Positions 35,549 to 45,233 of a DNA stretch of 64,000 nucleotides are shown here, one piece after another. The DNA comes from Bacteroidales bacterium (lineage in GTDB: Bacteria > Bacteroidota > Bacteroidia > Bacteroidales > ML635J-15): NCBI GenBank assembly GCA_963676165.1, contig OY781043.1, forward strand, positions 3,769,342 to 3,833,341, written 5' to 3'. The notes below the pieces were generated by a model. It was not told the DNA's origin and did no database searches. It saw only the letters and a list, made by a program, of their open reading frames with translations. The translations under genes and the position numbers were made by a program. Positions within the stretch are counted from its first letter, which is position 1, and the number at the start of each line of letters is the position of its first letter.

Positions 35549-37780
35549 ATGAAACAAAAATTTCTATTTTATCTGATTATAGGATTGTTAAGCATACAGC
35601 AATCATTTGCTCAACAAATTGTTATTAATGAAATTCAATATACAAATCGGGTAACATGTACTGATTCTTTGGGCAACACCCCAGATTGGATTGAAATATA
35701 TAATAAGGGAAATACTCCGGTTAATTTATCGGGCTATTGCCTTACGGACAGAAAAAATGAAACCGAAAAAGGCATTTTACCTGATTTAACCCTAAAGCCT
35801 CAAGATTATTTATTAGTCTTTGCATCTGGAAATTCTATTCAGACAGAAAATGAGTTGCATCTTGACTTTAAACTCAAAATAATGGAAGACACAGTGTATC
35901 TGCTGAATCCTTATCATGAAGTAATTGACTTCAAAGCACCCGAATGTGTGCCGCCTGACAATAGCCTTGGACGATATCCTGATGGTGGTGAATCTTTTAG
36001 CGTTTTAACTGCAAGCCCCTCTTACTCGAACAACAACTCAGAAATTATAGAGCTGAATTATCGTAAAGACACACTTTTCATTAATCAGGAAGGTGGATTT
36101 TATAAAAACTCCATCGAGATTGAACTAACAAATTCCTGCTCTGACAATCAGATTTTCTATTCACTAAATGGCGATTCTCCGGATGACAAAGCCATACTAT
36201 ACAATGGTATTTTTCAGTTGAATGACATCAACGAGAACGAAAACAGGTTTGCAAATCAATGTGACGCAGGTATAATACCCGGAAATAAAATTTCAAAAGC
36301 CAATATATTAAGAGCACAGGTTTATAGCCATGGATGTCCGGCAAGCAACGAAATATCAGGTAGTTATTTCATAAGCGATCAAACTGTTTTTGATTACGAA
36401 GTACCGATTGTCTCTATAATTACTGATAAAAATAATTTGTTTGATGATGAAGAAGGCATTTATGTAAAAGGGAATTACGAAAACTATAACAGACGCGGCA
36501 AGGAGTGGGAACGGCCAATCCACCTAGAAATATTTGATGATAAAGAAAAGATTCTTACACAAGGTGCCGGCATGAGAATTCATGGACGGGGATCGAGAGC
36601 CGGAGCTCAAAAATCATTAAAAATTTATGCACGCGATGAGTATGGAAAAACTTCATTTGAATTACCTATTCTAAGTCAAAAACCATATCTCAATGAATTT
36701 AAAACTCTTTTAATCAGAGCAACTCGCGATTGGACAAGAACTCTGTTTAAAGATGAGATGTCCGGACGTATCGTAGAAAACATGAACCTTGACTATGCAG
36801 CCTCAGAAACCGTGATTTTATTCTTAAACGGCGAGTATTGGGGCATTTACAGTCTTCGGGAAAAACAAGACATTGATTATGTTAGAAACAACTATGATCC
36901 GGACATCGAACATATTGACATCATTGGACACAATAACAGCAACATTTCTGTTAATTTGGGAACTATTGAAGAATACAAGCAGATGATCTCCTGGCTTGAA
37001 ATGAATGATCCTGAAAATGAAAACTTTCTAACAGACATATCCGAAATAATTGATATAGACTGTTTAATTGATTATTTTATAGCTCAATTCTATCTGGCAA
37101 ACACTGATTTTCCTGATAACAATCTCGAATTATGGAAAAGTGATTCTGAAAACTCAAAATGGAGATATTTCTTTTTTGATCTGGACGCAGTCATGATTCA
37201 GATTGGAGATAATCGTTTAGCAACTTTTATTGACAAGTCAAAAAAACCTTTTCAAATCTCGGAATCCTCATTATACATCCTAAGCAGGTTATTTGAAAAT
37301 CAGGAATTTCGAATGAAATTTCAGATTAAGTTTATTAAACACCTGAACACAACCTTTGCTCCCAATCGAATGATTAAACTAATTAATGATTATCAGGAAC
37401 TATATAATTCGCTGGTTGTAGAGCATATTTATCGGTGGAAAGACCCATCAGATTATCATAAATGGTTGAGTAATGTAGATATGCTTAAAGATTTCGCAAT
37501 TCAAAGACCATTTGTTTTAAAACAACTAATGGATGAATACATTGAAGATCCTGTGGCGGTATATCCGAATCCCTCCTGCGGAAATATAGTATTGGAGATA
37601 CCTGATTTAAATACTGAAGTTAATTATTCGATTTATGATATTTCAGGAAAAAGACTTGTCAATGAAACACAGTATGTGAATAATAGTATTTCAATCAATT
37701 TAAATCTAAAAACAGGAATTTATATCCTTCGAGTCGAATTTTCAGGTTGTCATTTTTATAAAAAACTTTCAATAATATGA
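35549..37780 (+). CDS. CotH kinase-family protein with N-terminal lamin-tail domain and T9SS C-terminal sorting domain
   Basis: LTD (IVINEIQYTN...DWIEIYNKGNTPVNLSGYCLTD), CotH core (LFLNGEYWGIYSLREKQD) and a C-terminal YPNPSCGNIVLEI...GIYILRVEF Por-secretion tail. Confidence 0.8.
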   Translation: MKQKFLFYLIIGLLSIQQSFAQQIVINEIQYTNRVTCTDSLGNTPDWIEIYNKGNTPVNLSGYCLTDRKNETEKGILPDLTLKPQDYLLVFASGNSIQTENELHLDFKLKIMEDTVYLLNPYHEVIDFKAPECVPPDNSLGRYPDGGESFSVLTASPSYSNNNSEIIELNYRKDTLFINQEGGFYKNSIEIELTNSCSDNQIFYSLNGDSPDDKAILYNGIFQLNDINENENRFANQCDAGIIPGNKISKANILRAQVYSHGCPASNEISGSYFISDQTVFDYEVPIVSIITDKNNLFDDEEGIYVKGNYENYNRRGKEWERPIHLEIFDDKEKILTQGAGMRIHGRGSRAGAQKSLKIYARDEYGKTSFELPILSQKPYLNEFKTLLIRATRDWTRTLFKDEMSGRIVENMNLDYAASETVILFLNGEYWGIYSLREKQDIDYVRNNYDPDIEHIDIIGHNNSNISVNLGTIEEYKQMISWLEMNDPENENFLTDISEIIDIDCLIDYFIAQFYLANTDFPDNNLELWKSDSENSKWRYFFFDLDAVMIQIGDNRLATFIDKSKKPFQISESSLYILSRLFENQEFRMKFQIKFIKHLNTTFAPNRMIKLINDYQELYNSLVVEHIYRWKDPSDYHKWLSNVDMLKDFAIQRPFVLKQLMDEYIEDPVAVYPNPSCGNIVLEIPDLNTEVNYSIYDISGKRLVNETQYVNNSISINLNLKTGIYILRVEFSGCHFYKKLSII

Positions 37781-38427
37781 GAAGTATTTATAAAGGTTTA
37801 GTTAATACACTTTTTTTATTAATGATAGTTAATACAGCTATTGCACAAGAATTGAGGATTGGGCTTGATTATGACAAGAAAGTAAGTGAGAATTTAAAAT
37901 TCATATTCAAGGGACAAATCAGAAATAATCTACAATACGAAAACAGCACCTACTATATCATTCAACCCGGAATTTCATTTGATTTAACAAAGAGATTCAC
38001 CCTGTCAGGTGCTTATCGCTTTACCAGTGGATATAATTATACTGTTGAAGACGATATCGACATGATAAATCTGCATAAAAACAGAATTACCCTTGATGGG
38101 AAATACAAATTCAGACAATTATCTGATCGCTTTTGTTTAGATTATAGATTGCGGTATCAATATACTTACGAAAAGGGGAAGTCCAAAAAGTACATTAGAA
38201 ACAGGATGAAATTGAAATATAGCAACAGCAAACATTCAAACATTTCCTTTGGAGTAGAACCATATTACAGGCTGGATACAAAAGAATTAAGTCAACTAAG
38301 AATAAGCATTAGCAATTCATACAATTTTGAAGCCTTCGAATTAGAAGTATATATGCTTTTGGATGGGAGCTTTAATAATGGATCTCTCAAATCAATGCAT
38401 CAGATTGGTGTGAGCTTTGCCTTATAG
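37777..38427 (+). CDS. DUF2490-like outer-membrane beta-barrel protein
   Basis: Signal peptide and repeated Y/R-rich beta-strand pattern. Overlaps the cotH stop by 4 nt. Confidence 0.5.
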   Translation: MRSIYKGLVNTLFLLMIVNTAIAQELRIGLDYDKKVSENLKFIFKGQIRNNLQYENSTYYIIQPGISFDLTKRFTLSGAYRFTSGYNYTVEDDIDMINLHKNRITLDGKYKFRQLSDRFCLDYRLRYQYTYEKGKSKKYIRNRMKLKYSNSKHSNISFGVEPYYRLDTKELSQLRISISNSYNFEAFELEVYMLLDGSFNNGSLKSMHQIGVSFAL

Positions 38428-38784
38428 AATCTGTGCTTTATAAACTTGAAGTTAGGATTCAATTTAAAGAAAAAGAAATAATAATAACAACGAGTAAAAC
38501 ACAGATCCCAATTTTTGAATATATTAAAAAAATCAGCTGTCCAAAAACGGGTTTCAAAAAATGTGTAGTTTTATCTATTGTAGTTATGTTGTTTGGTCAT
38601 AACAAAACTACAAAAATAGTTGGGAGTATCTCATGATCTCCCTTCTCTTAATTTTTTATTTTTCTCAAGCAAAAGAATTTTATCTTCCTGAATATTAGGT
38701 TAATAAAATCACGTTAAATTTTTCTTATTAAATAAAAATTCCCTAACTTTCAAGAGAAATTTTCATATTTTCGCAACAAATCAA

Positions 38785-39357
38785 TTGCAAATGCATAAAC
38801 GAATCATCCTATTATTCTTAATAATCTGTGGAATCTTTTTGAGTTCATGCGATCCCTGTAATCCTAAAATTATTGATTATGGGAAACTATCTGAAGAAGA
38901 GAAATCCTGCATTCCTTATGAAAATGATCAAATCATTAGCCTCACACATAATTCAGGTTTTTCCATAAATTTCACATGCAAGAGAGAAACCACAACAGAG
39001 TTTCTATACTGTGATGAGTGCTGCGATTACCAAATAAAATACGAACGTGAAATCGTTACCTTAACACCTGATTACCCGATTTTCAACATTGAATTTTCGT
39101 TAGATAATGCCCAAGACACACTAATCGAATATGCTTGTAATATCGGATATTTTGCGTATTACCTACCATACACAGACACCGGATATTATCAGGATTCAAT
39201 ACAGATAAATGGGGAAATGTATTATAATGTATATGGTCTGAAATCTTACGATTATGATTACGCACAAGATTCCATCCGACCTGATAGTTTATTCATCAAT
39301 AAAACAGAAGGAATACTTAAAATAAGTATGTCAAACGGAGAATATTATGAAATATAA
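38785..39357 (+). CDS. hypothetical lipoprotein
   Basis: Lipobox IFLSSC; Cys- and Tyr-rich; no recognised family. Confidence 0.5.
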   Translation: MQMHKRIILLFLIICGIFLSSCDPCNPKIIDYGKLSEEEKSCIPYENDQIISLTHNSGFSINFTCKRETTTEFLYCDECCDYQIKYEREIVTLTPDYPIFNIEFSLDNAQDTLIEYACNIGYFAYYLPYTDTGYYQDSIQINGEMYYNVYGLKSYDYDYAQDSIRPDSLFINKTEGILKISMSNGEYYEI

Positions 39358-40009
39358 GATACTCATATTTTGCCTATGGCCTTTCTTTCTGTTATCTTGT
39401 GGAGAAGATTCTGCACTTAAAGAAGAAACTTTTTATTTTGAAGAAATTAGTCAGGCATGGATACCAGATTACGATCAAAATTTTCAATTTGTATTGAGTG
39501 ATATTAATGGAATTTCAGAATCATTTATGTTGGATCAAGACGAAGCCTATTTTACAAAATCCTGGGGCAGCTTTCTTGGTATCAATACCGATATGACACA
39601 TACAGAATATCGTTATCAGGCTTATAGTTCATCCTTTGGAAATCGTTTTACCATCTCATTAACAGCAGGATGGCCACCTTATGGGGATGAAATATTTGTT
39701 AGTATGAATAGTGTTGAATTTGCTTATGACCTGAAGAAGAACCGAGTAAACAGGATTTATTCCGAATTTGGATCGAAAAGTTTACTTATGACAGAAGATG
39801 GGTATGAAGAAAATGAAATCATATATTCCACAGTAGCGATTTTGTCAAATACAAGCATAGGTGCAAACGAATACAATGAAGTGTTGCATTTTATTTTTCT
39901 TGATTATGAGGAGCAACAAAAACCCTTAACAGTCAAAGAAATATTTATTGCTAAAGATTGTGGATTAGTTAAATACGTTTACAATAACGGTATTTCTTTT
40001 ACCCGTTAA
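39347..40009 (+). CDS. hypothetical lipoprotein
   Basis: Lipobox FFLLSC; overlaps the upstream gene by 11 nt. Confidence 0.5.
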   Translation: MKYKILIFCLWPFFLLSCGEDSALKEETFYFEEISQAWIPDYDQNFQFVLSDINGISESFMLDQDEAYFTKSWGSFLGINTDMTHTEYRYQAYSSSFGNRFTISLTAGWPPYGDEIFVSMNSVEFAYDLKKNRVNRIYSEFGSKSLLMTEDGYEENEIIYSTVAILSNTSIGANEYNEVLHFIFLDYEEQQKPLTVKEIFIAKDCGLVKYVYNNGISFTR

Positions 40010-40050
40010 ACAATCTATCTGCATTCATATTTTCAACTGTAATAAATCCT

Positions 40051-40058
40051 TATCTTTG
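40051..40058 (+). promoter_or_regulatory. -7 promoter box (TATCTTTG) for gltX
   Basis: TAnnTTTG match 27 nt upstream of the ATG at 40085. Confidence 0.45.
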
Positions 40059-40084
40059 TGCATCAAAGAAAAAATAAATTGTTT

Positions 40085-41599
40085 ATGAGTGATATTAGAG
40101 TACGATTTGCGCCAAGTCCTACCGGACCGTTACACATGGGAGGTGTACGAACAGCCCTTTTCAATTATCTGTTTGCAAAAAAACATGATGGTAAATTCAT
40201 TCTTCGAATTGAGGATACCGATCAAAGCAGATATGTCAAAGGAGCAGAAGCGTACATCATAGAATCCTTGGCATGGTGCGGAATTCATTTTGATGAAGGC
40301 ATACAAGAAGGTGGAGATTTTGGGCCATACAAACAAAGTGAAAGAAAGTCCATTTATCAACAATACGCAAAACAACTCATTGAAAGCGGGAATGCATATT
40401 ATGCGTTTGATACAGCAGATGAGTTAAATGCAGAACGTGCTAAAGCTGAAGAGAATAAAGAAAACTTTGCATACAATCACATCACAAGAAAACAACTCAA
40501 TAATAGCATTCATCTGGGAATGGACGAAGCTCAAAAACGCATTAATGCAGGAGATGCTTATGTTATCCGTTTTAAAATGCCGGACGAGCCTGTGGATATA
40601 TCAATGAAAGACATTATTCGTGGTGATGTTACTTACAACACTGCCAATTTAGATGATAAAGTTTTATTCAAATCTGATGGTTTGCCAACTTACCATCTTG
40701 CCAATATTGTGGATGATCATCTAATGCAGATATCTCACGTTATTCGAGGTGAAGAATGGCTTCCATCTATGCCTTTGCATGTGCTACTATACAAAGCTTT
40801 AAGATGGGAAGCTCCTGAGTTTGCACACTTACCATTAATTTTGAAACCAACAGGTAAAGGAAAACTTAGTAAACGCGATGGAGATAAACTAGGATTCCCT
40901 GTTTTCCCAACTGAATGGAAACCTGCAGAGGGAGAAACAGCACGTGGATATCGCGAAGATGGATATTATCCTGAAGCGTTTGTCAATATGCTTGCTTTGT
41001 TAGGATGGAATCCGGGAACTGAACAAGAACTGTTTAGCATGGATGAGCTTATTCAAGCTTTTGATCTTGAACGTGTAAACAAAGCGGGAGCACGTTTTGA
41101 TCCTGAAAAAACGAAATGGTTTAATCATCAATATCTCATTCAAAAGTCAGACGATACACTGGCAGCAGAGTTTAAACCAATATTGGAAGCGAAAGGCATA
41201 ACTTTTGACGATGCAAAGCTCGCTCGTATCATTGGTCTTGTGAAAGAACGTGTACAATTTGTTCCGGAATTATGGGAACAACTTGATTTCTTCTTTGTTT
41301 GTCCTCAGAAGTATAATGCTAAATTGCTGAAGAAATCCATGAAAGGTGATTCGCCAGAATTGCTTGCCGAGGTAAAAAATCTTTTAAACGAGCAAAACGA
41401 TTTCACTTCACAGGTGTTGGAAGATAATGTAAAAACATGGATAGAGTCGAAAGAAATCGGGTTTGGAAAAGTAATGACTCCTTTACGTTTAGCACTTGTG
41501 GGTGAAGGCAAAGGCCCACATTTGTTTAATATATTGGAAATCCTTGGTAAAGAGGAAAGTATTTTACGTATTGAAAAATTATTAACACACAATAATTAG
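40085..41599 (+). CDS. gltX: glutamate--tRNA ligase
   Basis: RVRFAPSPTGPLHMGG (HIGH motif) and KLSKR (KMSKS motif). The start is moved to ATG 40085. Confidence 0.95.
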   Translation: MSDIRVRFAPSPTGPLHMGGVRTALFNYLFAKKHDGKFILRIEDTDQSRYVKGAEAYIIESLAWCGIHFDEGIQEGGDFGPYKQSERKSIYQQYAKQLIESGNAYYAFDTADELNAERAKAEENKENFAYNHITRKQLNNSIHLGMDEAQKRINAGDAYVIRFKMPDEPVDISMKDIIRGDVTYNTANLDDKVLFKSDGLPTYHLANIVDDHLMQISHVIRGEEWLPSMPLHVLLYKALRWEAPEFAHLPLILKPTGKGKLSKRDGDKLGFPVFPTEWKPAEGETARGYREDGYYPEAFVNMLALLGWNPGTEQELFSMDELIQAFDLERVNKAGARFDPEKTKWFNHQYLIQKSDDTLAAEFKPILEAKGITFDDAKLARIIGLVKERVQFVPELWEQLDFFFVCPQKYNAKLLKKSMKGDSPELLAEVKNLLNEQNDFTSQVLEDNVKTWIESKEIGFGKVMTPLRLALVGEGKGPHLFNILEILGKEESILRIEKLLTHNN

Positions 41600-41601
41600 T
41601 T

Positions 41602-42057
41602 ATGAGAACAGCTGAGATTAAAACTGAAAAAGGAGTCATGAAAGTCGAATTTTACGACAACGATGCTCCAAATACTGTCGATAATTTTTGCAAATTGGCA
41701 AAAGAAGGATATTATAACGGATTACGCTTTCACCGTGTGATTCCTAACTTCGTTATTCAAGGTGGATGCCCTCATTCACGTGATGAAAACAACCCAAGAG
41801 TTGGAACCGGAGGTCCGGGTTACAGCATTGATTGTGAATTGGATGGCGATAATCAATATCATGACAGAGGCGTATTATCTATGGCACATGCTGGTAGAAA
41901 TACGGGTGGATCACAATTTTTTATCTGCCACAGCCGCGAAAATACTGCTCATCTAGATCATCAGCATACTTGCTTTGGTAAAGTGGTAGAAGGTTTGGAT
42001 ATCATTGACGATATTCGTGCTGGTGACCTGATTGAAGAGGTTGTAATTTCTGAATAG
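41602..42057 (+). CDS. peptidylprolyl isomerase (cyclophilin type)
   Basis: FHRVIPNFVIQGG...GGSQFFI cyclophilin motifs. Confidence 0.92.
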   Translation: MRTAEIKTEKGVMKVEFYDNDAPNTVDNFCKLAKEGYYNGLRFHRVIPNFVIQGGCPHSRDENNPRVGTGGPGYSIDCELDGDNQYHDRGVLSMAHAGRNTGGSQFFICHSRENTAHLDHQHTCFGKVVEGLDIIDDIRAGDLIEEVVISE

Positions 42058-42083
42058 AATTGATTAACAAACTTCAAGAAACT

Positions 42084-42129
42084 TTTCCCGTTGGCTGGTA
42101 TTGATCCCGTCAGCGGGAAACCTTTTTTC
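42084..42129 (+). terminator. rho-independent terminator after the cyclophilin gene
   Basis: 10-bp stem TTTCCCGTTG/CAGCGGGAAA (one G-U pair), followed by CCTTTTTTCT. The loop is long (17 nt). Confidence 0.5.
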
Positions 42130-42376
42130 TGCATATATTTTTCAAACAGTCGAGGCTGGGACTTACGTCGAGATTGCTTTGTATTGCAAACTCGCGAGCA
42201 TGCGTAGGCAAGTTTGAATATTGGATGTTGAAATTTGGAATTTATCCGTTTAAGCCAGACAGTCCGACCGCTGGTTTGTTATTTCCCTTACTTCCAGCTA
42301 ACACTCCTGCCTACCGGTTTACCAGCCAAAGATGGCAGGCTGGTGATCCATGCACCTGACTCATGTCCCCTGTCTT

Positions 42377-45157
42377 TTAATGTGCTTCTAACCAGTTTCT
42401 TCCAATTCCTAAGTCAACAGTAAGTGGTACAGAAAGATGGACAGCATTTTCCATTTCATATTTGACAATTTCCGCCAGTTTTTCTTTTTCACTGACAGGA
42501 CATTCAAAGTTTAACTCATCATGTACCTGAAGATTTAAACGAGCAAATAAGCCTTCCGAAATGATGCGTTTATGGATATTAATCATTGCCACTTTAATAA
42601 TATCAGCTGCAGATCCCTGAATAGGTGCATTAATCGCATTCCTTTCAGCCATGCCTCTTACAACTCCATTGCGTGAATTAATATCCGGCAAAAAGCGTTT
42701 TCTTCCCATTATCGTTTCTACATATTCTTCTTTCCGCGCTTTTTCAATACAGGAATCCATGTATTGTTTCACTCCGGGGAAACTTTCAAAATAGTCGTCG
42801 ATAAGTGTTTTTGCTTCAGTTCGTGAAATGTTCAATCGCTGAGACAAACCAAATGCTGAAATGCCATAAATAATTCCAAAGTTTGCGGTTTTTGCTTTTG
42901 ATCGTTGCTCTCTTGTCACATCAGAAACATCCACCTTAAACACTTTAGCTGCAGTGGCTGCATGAATATCAGTATCTTCATTCTGAAACGCTTCCAACAT
43001 GTGTTTATCTTGGCTCATATGTGCCATCAAACGCAATTCAATTTGTGAATAATCGGCAGACAGAAAAACATGCTCTTTATCGCTAGCGGTAAACGCTTTA
43101 CGAATTTCACGACCCCTCTCCTCTCGAATAGGAATATTTTGTAAATTCGGATTATTTGAACTTAAACGTCCGGTTGCTGCAACAGTCTGATTAAAGGATG
43201 TATGAATTTTTCCCGTTTGCGGATTAATCAGTTTAGGCAATGCTTCGACATAAGTGGATAAAAGCTTTTTCACTGAACGAAATTCCAATATTTCCTGAAT
43301 CACTGGATGTTTGCCACTCAATTTTTGCAATGTTTCTTCTGAGGTTGAGTACTGTTTTGTTTTCGTTTTTGGTGGTTTGTCAGTTATTTTTAAACGATCA
43401 AATAAGATCTCTCCCAACTGTTTTGGTGAGCTGATATTAAACTCATGACTAGTAAGTTCATAAATTCTCTTTTCAATGAAACTCAGCTCTTCGCTTAATT
43501 TTTCAGCATACGAATTGAGCTGATCGACATCCAAATGTACACCAACAAATTCCATATCAGCGAGGACATAAATGAGAGGACATTCCACTTCGCTGAACAA
43601 ATCATATAAACCGGAAGATTTCAATTCAGGCTCCAACTTCTCCTTTAACTGTAAAGTGATATCTGCATCTTCAGCAGCATAATCTCTGATATCTTCAAGA
43701 GGAACATCATCCATGGACTTCTGATTTTTGCCTTTTTTCCCTATTAAACTCTCAATAGAAATGCATTGATAGTTGAGCATGGTTTCTGCCATGAAATTCA
43801 TGTTATGTCGCAATTCCGGGTGCAAAAGATAATGAGCAATCATGGTATCAAAAAGTTCACCTTGAATTTCGATTCCATAATTTCGAAGCACTAACATATC
43901 GTATTTAATGTTTTGCCCAATTTTCAAAATGTCAGGGTTTTCCAAGACCGGTTTAAAATCATTCAGAATGGCTTGTTTTTCTTCTTCTTTTTTAGGCATC
44001 ATAACATACCAAGCCTTTTTCGCCTGAATGCAAAAAGATATTCCTGTCAATTTAGCTTCATGAACATTCAAACTGCTAGTTTCAGTATCGACAGCAAAAA
44101 ATTTTGTTTTGGAAAGTGCTTCAATTAATTCCTTACGGAGATAAGGCGTATCCACCAAAATATATTCCGGATTTTCCGTTGTAAAATCTTTCATGCTGAA
44201 TGTTTCTTCGGCAGAAGTATCATCTTGTACATCATCAGCAAAATCGAACAAACTCCCTTGAGCTGCAGGTTTTGGTTTGGCAGCAATTCCCAAAATACGT
44301 TGAGAAAGTTGATTAAATTCTAGCTCATCAAAAAGTGGTTTGAGCTTTTCTTTATCCAGCTCCTCATATTTCATGTTTTCAAAATTAATTTCCACAGGAA
44401 CATGTTGTTCTATGGTAACCAATTTCTTAGACAAAAGAATTTGTGCTTTATTGGATTCAATTTTTTCTTTTTGCTTACCTTTCAGTTGATCTGTATTGTC
44501 CAAAAGATTTTCCACTGACCCAAATTGGTCAATCAACTTAATAGCAGTTTTTTCACCTATGCCCGGAGCACCTGGAACATTATCAGCACTATCACCCCAA
44601 AGAGCCAAAATATCGATGACTTGTTCAGGTTTTTCAATACTGAATTTTTTCAGAACTTCAGGGACTTTGAGCACTTGATTTTCTTTTTCACCTGAGCGTC
44701 TTGGACGATACATAAAGACTTTATCTGTAACTAATTGCGCATAATCCTTATCCGATGTCATCATATAGACATAAAAATCGGCAGCAGCAGCAATTCGGGC
44801 AATGGTACCAACCACATCATCAGCTTCAAAACCTTCTTTTTCAATGACAGGAATGTTGTAAGCCGACAAGATATCTTTAATATACGGTACTGCTTTTTTA
44901 ATGTCTTCAGGAGTCGCATCTCGATTGGCTTTGTACTCAGTAAACATCTCATTGCGGAAAGTTGGTCCGGGAGGATCAAAAACGACAGCAATATGCGTAG
45001 GTTCCTCTTTCTTAAGTACTTCCTCTAGTGTATTGACAAATCCAAAGATTGCAGATGTATTGAGTCCTTTCGAATTGATGCGAGGGTTGCGAATAAACGC
45101 ATAATATGATCTAAAAATTAAAGCATAAGCATCAAGGAGAAATAGTTTCTTTTCCAT
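42377..45157 (-). CDS. polA: DNA polymerase I
   Basis: 926 aa with a 5' nuclease N-terminus, a 3'-5' exonuclease domain (AVDTETSSL) and polymerase motifs (DYSQIELR, QVHDEL). Confidence 0.96.
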   Translation of the reverse strand: MEKKLFLLDAYALIFRSYYAFIRNPRINSKGLNTSAIFGFVNTLEEVLKKEEPTHIAVVFDPPGPTFRNEMFTEYKANRDATPEDIKKAVPYIKDILSAYNIPVIEKEGFEADDVVGTIARIAAAADFYVYMMTSDKDYAQLVTDKVFMYRPRRSGEKENQVLKVPEVLKKFSIEKPEQVIDILALWGDSADNVPGAPGIGEKTAIKLIDQFGSVENLLDNTDQLKGKQKEKIESNKAQILLSKKLVTIEQHVPVEINFENMKYEELDKEKLKPLFDELEFNQLSQRILGIAAKPKPAAQGSLFDFADDVQDDTSAEETFSMKDFTTENPEYILVDTPYLRKELIEALSKTKFFAVDTETSSLNVHEAKLTGISFCIQAKKAWYVMMPKKEEEKQAILNDFKPVLENPDILKIGQNIKYDMLVLRNYGIEIQGELFDTMIAHYLLHPELRHNMNFMAETMLNYQCISIESLIGKKGKNQKSMDDVPLEDIRDYAAEDADITLQLKEKLEPELKSSGLYDLFSEVECPLIYVLADMEFVGVHLDVDQLNSYAEKLSEELSFIEKRIYELTSHEFNISSPKQLGEILFDRLKITDKPPKTKTKQYSTSEETLQKLSGKHPVIQEILEFRSVKKLLSTYVEALPKLINPQTGKIHTSFNQTVAATGRLSSNNPNLQNIPIREERGREIRKAFTASDKEHVFLSADYSQIELRLMAHMSQDKHMLEAFQNEDTDIHAATAAKVFKVDVSDVTREQRSKAKTANFGIIYGISAFGLSQRLNISRTEAKTLIDDYFESFPGVKQYMDSCIEKARKEEYVETIMGRKRFLPDINSRNGVVRGMAERNAINAPIQGSAADIIKVAMINIHKRIISEGLFARLNLQVHDELNFECPVSEKEKLAEIVKYEMENAVHLSVPLTVDLGIGRNWLEAH

Positions 45158-45165
45158 AAAACAAC

Positions 45166-45197
45166 ATTTTCATCAAAAATAGAAATAATTGATGAAA
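45166..45197 (-). terminator. AT-rich hairpin between the S8 peptidase stop and the polA start
   Basis: Perfect 10-bp stem TTTTCATCAA/TTGATGAAAA with a 12-nt loop. A T-rich tract follows on the minus strand. Confidence 0.4.
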
Positions 45198-45233
45198 AAA
45201 CAGCATCAACAAAATGCCGACATCATTTAAAAG

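Noticed and set aside
38433-38636. 67-aa ORF after the DUF2490-like gene, and the 74-aa ORF at 55859-56083.
   Set aside because: They have non-ATG or weak starts, no recognisable features and translations dominated by repeat or AT-rich sequence. They are treated as non-coding.
42130-42376. RNase P RNA, SRP (4.5S) RNA or tmRNA in the GC-rich intergenic region.
   Set aside because: Short resemblances exist: GGCTTAAACGG on the minus strand versus the RNase P P4 3' strand, and AGTCAGGT...CAGCC versus the SRP helix 8. However, the obligatory motifs are absent (GGAAAGTCCGGGC for RNase P, the GGAA tetraloop with AGCA loop for SRP, and the tRNA-like ends for tmRNA). The available length is also too short for RNase P or tmRNA.
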